Source of the DNA: Octopus bimaculoides
Lineage: Eukaryota
Reading direction: 5' to 3'
Assembly (NCBI RefSeq): GCF_001194135.2
Contig: NC_068989.1
Span: 24,377,846 to 24,410,712 of the forward strand
DNA: 32,867 nt
Made by a program: the position numbers and the translations under genes. This document shows, in pieces, positions 10,309 through 20,838 of the stretch. The stretch's first letter is position 1, and each line of letters opens with the position of its first letter. The notes beneath the pieces are model-generated. The model was not told the origin of the DNA, did not search any database, and saw only the letters and a list, made by a program, of their open reading frames with translations.

Positions 10309-10702
10309 TATATATATATATATAATATGATATCATTATAATATAGTATATATATATATAAAATATAATTATAATATAATATATATATATATATATANNN
10401 NNNNNNNNNNNNNNNNNNNNNNNNNNNNNNNNNNNNNNNNNNNNNNNNNNNNNNNNNNNNNNNNNNNNNNNNNNNNNNNNNNNNNNNNNNNNNNNNNNNN
10501 NNNNNNNNNNNNNNNNNNNNNNNNNNNNNNNNNNNNNNNNNNNNNNNNNNNNNNNNNNNNNNNNNNNNNNNNNNNNNNNNNNNNNNNNNNNNNNNNNNNN
10601 NNNNNNNNNNNNNNNNNNNNNNNNNNNNNNNNNNNNNNNNNNNNNNNNNNNNNNNNNNNNNNNNNNNNNNNNNNNNATATATATATATAAAATATAATTA
10701 TA

Positions 10703-10744
<42 letters not shown>

Positions 10745-10750
10745 ATATAA
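10309..10750. repeat. (TA)n low-complexity tract containing a 279-N gap (10398-10676)
   Basis: Direct inspection. Near-identical AT blocks flank the gap. Confidence 0.9.
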
Positions 10751-11165
10751 CTATGAAGACTAGATAATCAACATTTAGAAGTTCCCATGGATAGCCAGTC
10801 TCAAACTCTTCAGTGATAGCTTGGATTATTATCATCAAAAGGTTTTCTGGATCAGAACTAACCTCAAATTAAACAATATTGATCAGCTATTAATGGATAT
10901 CACTGATTATGACAAGTAACTCATTGAATTAACAAATGGATTAATTGAAATCAATTACAGCAAAATTACAATACTTCAGTTCCCATCAACCAAATCCACT
11001 CACAAGGCTTTGGTTGTCCCAGATCCATGAAAGACCCTTGCCCAAGGGTGACTGAACACAAAACCGTAAGATTAGATTAAGATTAGAAAAATGCAGGAAG
11101 AGATTATGAGAGATTATGCTAAGACTGTTAGACAGCTGCCAAATTCAAAAGAGTAGAAACAGAGT

Positions 11166-11224
11166 CATCATCATTATCATCATTTAACGTCCGTTGTCCA
11201 TGCTGGCATGGGTTGGATGGTTTA
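11166..11224 (-). mobile_element. RTE 3' tail fragment
   Basis: catcattatcatcatttaacgtccgttgtccatgctggcatgggttgg. Confidence 0.75.
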
Positions 11225-11354
11225 AAACAAAACCTGCATCTATTGAGTAGATGACAGCGCTGACTTGTCACTATTTAGTCAATGACTCCATTTCTCTAAA
11301 TTCAAGTAATAAGCTTTAGCCATTAAATATTAAATATAACAATTCTTTTTTTAC

Positions 11355-11453
11355 CTGTACAGTGTGTGTCTTGCCATTAATGTTGGCTGTGATTCTAGGC
11401 TGTGACAAGGTGAATTCATCAGGAATGGTAGCAGTGTGGTTGTTTACAGTCAC
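11355..11453 (-). CDS. PCCA: PCCA exon, 99 nt ([33 protein letters not shown])
   Basis: Acceptor TTTCTTGTAG|GTG, donor CAG|GTAA, phase 0 to 0. Ends ...G.T.TVQ like vertebrate PCCA. The preceding intron is only 89 nt. Confidence 0.88.
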
Positions 11454-14400
11454 CTACAAGAAATAAGGAAACAAAGATGAAAGGGGCCATGAATGGGGAC
11501 AGAGCAAGAAAGAGACAGATAAGATGTGATGTCATTACTTACTTGATACTGTCTTAAAAGTGGAAAGTGAGTGACATCTGCCTTTATAGAATCTTCTCCT
11601 AGTTTTACCACAAGAGTCCATTTGCAAGGGGTTTCATCAACTGAACTACAAAATGAAACAATTGAATTAATTGAGGTAAAAGAAAGGTTAAACATCATAA
11701 CCATCAGCATCATTGTTTTATGTTTTCCATGTTGGCATGGGTTGATGGAATCACTCAGTCCAAGACAGTTCTTATTAACTGTTGGCTGGATGCCCTCCCT
11801 TACACCAACCACTTTACAGAAGGTGCTCTTTATGGTGGAAACACCTCAAGTAAAGAGTACATTTTGCAGAATATTGGCAGCTCCAAACAGTGTTGATTTT
11901 TATAAGGTTACAATTAGTTAGTTGGCACTCCGTCGCTTACGACGTCGAGAGTTCCAGTTGATTCGATCAACGGAACAGCCTGCTCGTGAAATTAACGTGC
12001 AAGTGGCTGAGCACTCCACAGACACGTGTACCGTTAACGTAGTTCTCGGGGATATTCAGCGTGACACAGTGTGACAAGGCTGACCCTTTGAATTACAGGC
12101 ACAACAGAAACAGGAGGTAAGAGTGAGAGAAAGTTGTGGTGAAAGAGTACAGCAGGGTTCGTCACCATCCCCTGCCAGAGCCTCATGGAGCTTTAGGTGT
12201 TTTCGCGCAATAAACACTCACAATGCCCGGTCTGGGAACCAAACCGCGATCCTATGACCGCGAGTCCGCTGCCCTAACCACTGGGCCATTGCGCCTCCAC
12301 ATAAGGTTACAATAGTACATGTTATATTAAGTTCTTTAATGAATGTTGCGAACTTGTTAAATCGATATTGTTTTTTAACATAAACAGAAGACACACATAT
12401 ACAAGGATGAAACTAATATCAACCCCAGTATCTGACTGGTATTTTATTTCGCCAATCTCTAACTTTGGCAGGATGAAGTTGACCCCTATAGGACATGAAT
12501 TCAAAAAAATATTTAATCCATCACTATAATGATTTAAAGAATTGGTAGTGACAACAAATATTTTTACTTACACATCTTGATTGGAGATAGCCCAAGATTT
12601 TAGCTCAGCTTTAGCATAGAGAACACTGGCTATGGAAGCTAGCTCAGACACTTCATCAGCTGATAGAACTTTGCCTGTAATCAACAGTAATTAAATAGTA
12701 TTACAGAGTCATAACTGGCACAAAATAGCTTTAACTAGAAGTGAAGTATTTAGTGTAAATCTAAGATCTCTGTCCAGTTTACATCTAAAAATTTCACACA
12801 TAATACTTTGCTTGACTTGAAGCTATGGCTGAAGATACTAGTCCAACAAACCACAAACTTGATTGAAGCTAACACTAAATAATTACAAAGCAAACTTCTT
12901 ATCTGCACCCATATCTGCATTGTAGGGACTTCAGTGAAGACCAGTGTATATATCTGGGGACAAATTAGTTTCGTATAGTTCATTTTACACCAGGCTCTAC
13001 CTACAGAAGTAGTTCACTTCAGCATCATAACCTACAGTAAACTTCACTTCCTCTGGCACCTACTCAGATCAAGATAGACTGAGCTAGTGATGGCTAAGTG
13101 TCTTGGCCATGAACACAGTATAGTGAATGATACTACATTGTAGTACCAACTTACAGGACTGGACTGTCTACAGTTAAGTACTTCAATTTTAATCACAAAA
13201 CTGAACTATATTATGGTACTTACAGTTAGAGTGTCTTAGCCATGGACACAATAAAGAGACAGTTAAATTGCTTGGTCATGGACACAAGACAGAGAAGTGT
13301 AACACACTGTGGTACTGACTTAAAGCTAGGTAAATTAGTTCAGGGTCTTGATCATGGACACAGTACAGCTAAAAAACTGGGTTAATGGCAGCTAGATGTC
13401 TTGGCCATAGACATTGTATAACACAGTTAACAGGGAGCTATTATTAACCCTCTAGTTGGATATCCAAAAAGGAATTTACAATGTTAGTTTAAAAGAAGAA
13501 AAATATTTGAAAAGATCCTTACCCAAGAATCCCTCCGGATATGTCTGCATTAAATAATCAGTTGTCAGGTCACCAGCCACAAATTTGCGTTCAGTCAGAA
13601 TATCCCTAAGAAGGGGGATATTATGGGCTACACCTGAAATTATGCCAACACAAACTTAGATTTTTTTCAACAACAACAAAGGAAATATTCCACACACAAA
13701 AATTCTGTATAAAAAGATAAAAGAAAAACCATCCAGTAAGGGCAGAGCTAAGTAGTTTCTCAAAATGCTAAGAACAGCAGTCACTTCTCCTTCAAATCAT
13801 ACCTAACTGTCTCAACAACCTCTAAGGCTATGTCATCATCATCAACATTTAACATTTGTATTCCATACTAGCATGGGTTGGATGGTTCAACAGGATTCGA
13901 CTACCCAGAGAGCGGCATTGAGCCCTGTCTGCTTTGGTGAGGCTTCTATGACTGGGTGGCTTCCCTGACAACAACCACTTTACAAAGTGTGGTGTACTTC
14001 AATTTACCAAACAACCTGGAAAAGTTTCTTTTGGCAAGTTGGAGAACACCACCCTCTGAATTGAGCAATTGTATCGCAGACCCCTTTGGTTAATTCTATA
14101 TCAAATAGCTTATGACATTACAACTCTCTTCTTTTTTCCTTTCATTTTCTGCATTTTGCATCCACCTTTCTCTTGTTCTTTTCTCATGATTTCTCATTTC
14201 TCTTGTTCTGATTTGTCCTGATATGTAATTTATAATGGCCATGAGCTCAGAGCCAGGAGATTGCTTGCAGATACTATGTGTGTTATAAAAACCTGCCTAG
14301 AAAACATCTCCAATGCACGAGATGTTAGGCACAAGTGTTGCTGTGTGGTTTGAGAAGTTTGCTTCCCAATCATATGGCTTTTGGTTCAGTCCTACTGTGT

Positions 14401-17400
14401 GGCACCTTCAACAAGTGTCTTCAACTATACGCCTGGGTCAACCAAATCCTTGTGCTTGGATTTGATGGAAACTGAAAGAAGCCTCACATATGTGCATGTG
14501 TATATATACACATATAGACATATACACACATACATGTATGCATGTATCTGTATGTGTGTATGTGTCTCTTTGTCCTGACAATACATGGTGGTTGTTAATA
14601 AGTGTCACTACCACACAACACTGTCATTTGTTTCCATTATTCTAAAAGAAAATGTCTGGCCATAGAAAATCTGTCTCCATAAACTCCATCCAACCCATGC
14701 AAGCATGGAAAAATCAAATTTTAATGATGATGGTATATATTTTTTTTTCTTAAGTTAACACTTTCAAAGATAGCTATAGTTACATAACATATAATGTACC
14801 ATGTATAATGTACTTATTCATATCATGTATTATGTATAATATTTAAATGGGGGTGAAAATGTGTTACTATTTTGGCAGAAGCCAGATGGAAAGAGACAGA
14901 AAGGGATGGCGGATAGGAGAGCGAGATTAAAATGCATTGAAAAGTAAATAGATAAATTATGGAGTTATCTCCCTTTAAATGACACCCAAATATATGGACT
15001 GCATGAGGATTTATTGTTAGTTAAAATATTGTTAAGCTTGCTGCACACGCCATCCATATTGGCCCTGCATTAATTGAGAGAAATCTTCAGGGAAGCATCC
15101 AGTGTTTCTGGTGAGTTGGTCTATATAGGTTGTATTTAGACGACCAGCTCAAGTACGGCCACGCTTTGGCATCCATAGCAGTAAGTCACTTGTCAACACT
15201 AGTTTAGCTTGCCAGCAATGTCCCACTAAGCATAAATGCCTTTCCCTTACAGTGTTAGAAACAGGCAGATCTCCATACACCAGTTTTGTGGTGGGATAAG
15301 TTCTCAATGATTTATTTAAGATTACTTTTAATATTTGGGTGCAAGTTCCTTCATGCTTGGATTCCAGTCTTTTGGTAAACATCCAGGATGTTGCACAGAA
15401 AAAATTCTTAAAATTGTGACAGGTTTGATTTCCAGATACCCAGTTTGCTTAGAGCCAGCTATGCTTTGGCAGTCCGGGGTTTTACATCCTTTTCAGTTTG
15501 GACTCTCTGAACTGAGGCACATGAAATAATCAACTTGACTGATAGGGTTTCCACTGATGCTAATGATAGATCCTTGTTTGTGGGCAATGTGTTTGGTTTT
15601 ACTAGGATTAACAAGCAGCCCAACATCATATGCAGCTAAGCTTAATTGGGTGGAGTTTGATATTGTGAGATCGTTGCCAGTGCCACTGGACTGGCTCCTG
15701 TGCAGGTGGCATGTAAAATACACCATTTTGAGCGTTGCCGTTGCCAGTACCGCCTGACTGGCCTTCGTGCCGGTGGCATGTAAAAGCACCCACTACACTC
15801 TCGGAGTGGTTGACGTTAGGAAGGGCATCTAGCTGTAAAAACTCTGCCAAATCAGATTGGAGCCTGTTGCAGCCATCTGGTTCACCATTCCTCAGTCAAA
15901 TCGTCCAACCCATGATAGCATGGAAAGTGGACGTTAAACGATGATGATGATGAGAGCAAAGCTAAATCATCAGCATAATCTACATTAGTTATATTTTGGG
16001 CTGAATATTTGATTGTTCTTCTGTTCATAAGTGTGAAACTGAGGCTATTTGCATTGGATTATCTCCTCAGAACATCACTTGATAGAGAGATTGCAGAAAA
16101 AATGCTAATATATCCCCTCAGAGTACTTCAGGTCTGATATCAATCTATGTTCAATCTAAGTGCAATGTAAGCTCACCTAATATTTTTGGTATAATATCTT
16201 AATGCTGTTACAGGCTGTTAGGCCCCATATGGTAAAACTAGACATTTTCAAGTTAGAATATGAAGATATTGTGAGAAACGTTAAACTGTATAAACCAACC
16301 AACAAAGGAAACAAACTGTTAGACGTACCTTTAATTACATAAGCATCTAAAGCCTGAATCATCTGTTCTCGGGCTTCTTCCCGAGAATTACCATAAGTTA
16401 CAAGCTTGAAAACAAAACATTCACAATTAAATATCTGTCTGACCATGAATAAATATGAGGGAGTTTATGGATACATAAACAAGCCAATGCATTATACATA
16501 CATGCCATGCATTCATCACACACACAGATATACAAATGCAGGTATTTTCATATATGGGCCATACCATAACCCTCTCAAATCTGGGCCTGGATTCCAGTCA
16601 AATTTTACCCGCTAATGTGTCTAATTTTACCCTCCACTTGAGCTCTTGAGAAAAATATAAATAGTTGCATATACAGTTTGTCATCTCAATAGTAGCATAA
16701 ATGTAAACTCTTTGAAGAATTAATATCATTAATAATTTCCTCAATTACAAAATGTCTAGATTTTGCTCAATTATAAGATGAGGTGTTGGGTTTATCACAG
16801 GCTTGTTTCATCACAAAATCGTTTCTTTTTCCAATAAAAAACAAAAGTAAACAACATCTCTGGGGGATACCATTAACAATGAGTTACAGACACACTTGGC
16901 TACAAAGCTGCAAAGTGATCAGTTGTCTAATTTTAGTATTTTATCTTTTTCTATGCATGTTGTTCATAACCACTTTAGTGAGATTCCAGCATAGATTACA
17001 TTTAAGCTATCCCTGCTTTAGCAGGAACACAGCATGACAGGGTTAATGGGAGCAGACGATGTAAACTTTGCTTGGCCAAGAGAACAAGGATCCTGAAGAA
17101 CTCGCTTGACCCAAGGGCCTTCTTAAACTCTCAGAGGGAAATTTTTAATTGGTGCCTTCACCTGAGGAAATTCATGTTGGGAACATGGAATTCCCTACTT
17201 GCTAACAAATGAATGAAAAGTGTGCATTGCTGACCAGTTTTGAACAGATAACACCATCTTGCCCAGAAGCAATATCACTTAGTAGAATTTTGTTTTGGGT
17301 TTTTTTTTACAATTTACGTGGCACCAACCCCTGCAAAGAACAAGCTTGTAAGTGTGGAAGACCACAATTTTACTTAGCTTGACACATCTTCTCAAATACA

Positions 17401-20138
17401 GCAAATCACCACAATTGCCAATCCCTTGTCATTTCTTCAGTGAGGTCCAGTGTCTAAAGATCCTAACATGAAACAAGACAAGGTCTATTATTTAACTACA
17501 AATACTTTTTTTTTATCTTCATTAGGTTTTTCTCTAACACACCACCATTACATCAATCATTACAACCCTTCCACTATCACATCACCACACTAATAACCAC
17601 TGCCACAACAGTCGACACTACCACAAAAACCACTGCAACCCCTAATATATTTTCATTTTTTACACCATGTTTGTTGACTCTGCAAAGAAACGTGATCAAA
17701 ACATTCCCACTATGGCCATCATCATCTATTTTCAGGCACAGCACATTAACCAGATACTACATTATCCAGTATTACTTTACACAAGACAATACAACAGAGT
17801 GAGGAGAGTATTGGCTGCTATTTCATGAAGGTTGTAAAACAATGTAAAAGGCTTTCTTTGTTGGCTCAATTCCTGTAAGCTGTTATTGTTGTTTAGCCGT
17901 TGGTCACAGTCTTAATTAGACCTATGACTAAAATCTTGAAGTTGTGACTATTCCATCTTTTCTTTTCTCAGGCAGGGTAATCTAGAAACATTCTAATGTG
18001 TCTAACATTACTAGACTATAGATTAAGAGAAAGCTGTGAACGGTAAATAAACTGGCCTCACCTTGCAGATCATAGGATCATAGTAAATACTGATCTCACT
18101 ACCTTCCATAATGCCACTGTCGCATCGTACCTGAAATATATGTAAGGCAGGAGAAGAAATATAATTTATATCAAATCAGTCTGGTAATCTGAAATTGAAA
18201 TATGGGAGAGAAATAAATGTAAGTATTGCTGTCTGGTTAAGAAGCTTGTTTCACCATCATGTTTCGGATTCAGTCCTACTATGCAGCACCTTGGACAAGT
18301 GTCTTCAATTATAGTCCCATACTGACCAAAGCTTTGCAAATGAATTTAGTAAATGGGAACTGAAAGAAGCCCATAATACATGTATGTGTGTCTATGTGTG
18401 TGTTGTGAGGGAGTGTGTGTATGTATGTTTGCATATGTGCATGCATGTGCACAAGCAGTTAGCATGTGTGTATACATATGCACGTGTGCATGTATGTGTG
18501 TGCATGCATGCGTGTTTGCGATTGTGTGTGTATATGCATGTTGGTGTCTCCTAGTTTAGAGACATGCAATAGTTGTGCATGTATGTGTGCATGCATGCGT
18601 GTTTGCGATTGTGTGTGTATATGCATGTTGGCGTCTCCTAGTTTAGAGACATGCAATAGTTGTGAATGAATGTTACCATCACACAAGTGGTGTTGTTCGT
18701 ATTTTCCATGAAAATATCTGGCCATAGGGAAACATTATCTTTTTTGGAAACAGGTGAGGGTAGGCAACAGGAAGGGCATCCAACTTCAGAAAATCTACCT
18801 CATTGAATTCCGTCTGCTTCATACAAACATGAAAAAGTAAGCATAAAAACAATGGTGATGATGGTTGGAAAGTAATGGATCAAACTTACTTGTGGTATAT
18901 GAAGAGGTTCAATGTACTTGGAAAGACGACCAATGGAGGGCATACCAAAGTTTTTAAAAGGGTCCTAAAATAGAAACAGAAATGCATTGTTAAAACTCAT
19001 TGCTTAAAAATAAAACAATCTTCAATATATAGAACAATATTTACTTTGTCCTTCATACTTAATTCAAATGGAATCAGAATTAGCTTTACTTTTCATCCTT
19101 CCTGGATTAATGAAATCAGTGCCAGTCAAATACTGAGGTTAATTCCCAAAATTGGTCAAGGGGCTTGCAATTTATATGGAGTAACTTTACATTAAGGAGT
19201 GGAACATACAATTACTTGTAATTCAGACTACCTCATGGTTCCAGCAGACAAAATGGAAAAGGTGTTGCCCCAGAAGATGGTAAGAGAAATGTGCTGGAAC
19301 AGCCAACCTGACTCACAGGGTTTGCACTTGTGAAAATTGATAGCTAAATAAACATAGGTGCAGGAGTGGCTGTGTGGTAAGTAGCTTGCTTACCAACCAC
19401 ATGGTTACGGGTTCTTTTCTCACTGCATGGCACCTTGGGCAAGTGTCTTCTACTATAGCCTTGGGCTGACCAAAGCCTTGTGAGTGGATTTGGTAGACGG
19501 AAACTGAAAGAAGCCCGTCGTATATATATATATATATATATATATATGCATGTGTGTGTCTATGTTTGTGTGTGTGTTTGTCCCCCCAACATCGCTTGAC
19601 AACCGGTGGTGGTGCGTTTACGTCCCCGTAACTTAGCGGTTCGGCAAAAGAGACCGATCGAATAAATACTAGGCTTCCAAAGAATAAGTCCTGGGGTCGA
19701 TTTGCTCGACTAAAGGCGGTGCTCCAGCATGGCCGCAGTCAAATAACTGAAACAAGTAAAAGAGAGTATGGCTATTTTAATACAATTAAGAGTGAGCTTT
19801 GGTTTTAAGTACTTGTAACTGCGGGAGTGATAGTGAAAGTAAATCAATTTGGGGTAAGTACAAAAATAGACTTGGGTATCCTGAATAAGTGAAATAAACA
19901 TGTAAAAGCATAAAAGTCACTTATTACATGTCATTATTATAGATTTCTTGTCTTATTGCTGAAGTTATAACCATCAGATACATGCAGGTGTGGGCTATGG
20001 TAAAGTAGTTTGCTTTCCAACTACATAGTTTCAGGTTCAATATCACTGCATGGCACCTTTTTTTTTTTCTACAACCACAGGCCAACCAAACCCTTATGAA
20101 TGGATTGGGTAAATTGAAAACTGAAAGAAACCTATGAT

Positions 20139-20176
<38 letters not shown>

Positions 20177-20760
20177 CGGGGACAGAGAGAGAGAGAGGGG
20201 TGTGTGTCTATGTTTGACTTGATATTGTGTCATAGTTGTAAATGACTGTCAGCCATACAAGCAGTGTCATTCATATACAATATTCTGCATTTACAATATA
20301 ATACTGCAACACCAGTCATTGAGTATGACACCTCCCTGTACAACTTGGCTGACTATGTGGGTGACAAGGCCTTATCTTACTCTACCAACTATTTTAAGCA
20401 TTTCAGGAGTGATTCCTAATGTACTAGGTGCTTTCCTGTCTTTATAGCATAAATTGCTTTATCTATCATACTGCTGTCAACTTAGATAACTGGTTTCTCA
20501 GTTATGTCCACAATGGGAAGACTTTTTTCTCCTGAGCATTCTCCATATTTAGTTGCATTTCATAGTAGCACAATTTCTGGAAATGCTGCTGGAAGAAAGT
20601 TGATGCAAATATTTGCCACAAACTCAATGAGCAACATACCTCAGGCTTTGAAGTTGTCAATTCTCTGGGTTAGTTACCTTCATCCATGCCTTGCAGTCTA
20701 ACCTACCCTGCCAGGCTAAATGGACAATCAGACACCAAAGCAGAAATTTCTAAGTTCTTG

Positions 20761-20838
<78 letters not shown>

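Noticed and set aside
11915-12300. tRNA gene
   Set aside because: The tRNA-like head continues into a SINE body with a tail and TSD, and no complete cloverleaf is evident.
13098-13415. CRISPR-like repeat-spacer array
   Set aside because: The repeats are only 17 nt and degenerate, spacer lengths are very uneven, and the spacers share motifs.
17040-17095. Alternative 'DP' exon (TTCTTCAG|GATCCTTGTTCT...)
   Set aside because: The translation DPCSLGQAK does not resemble PCCA, and the true exon is at 18890-18964.
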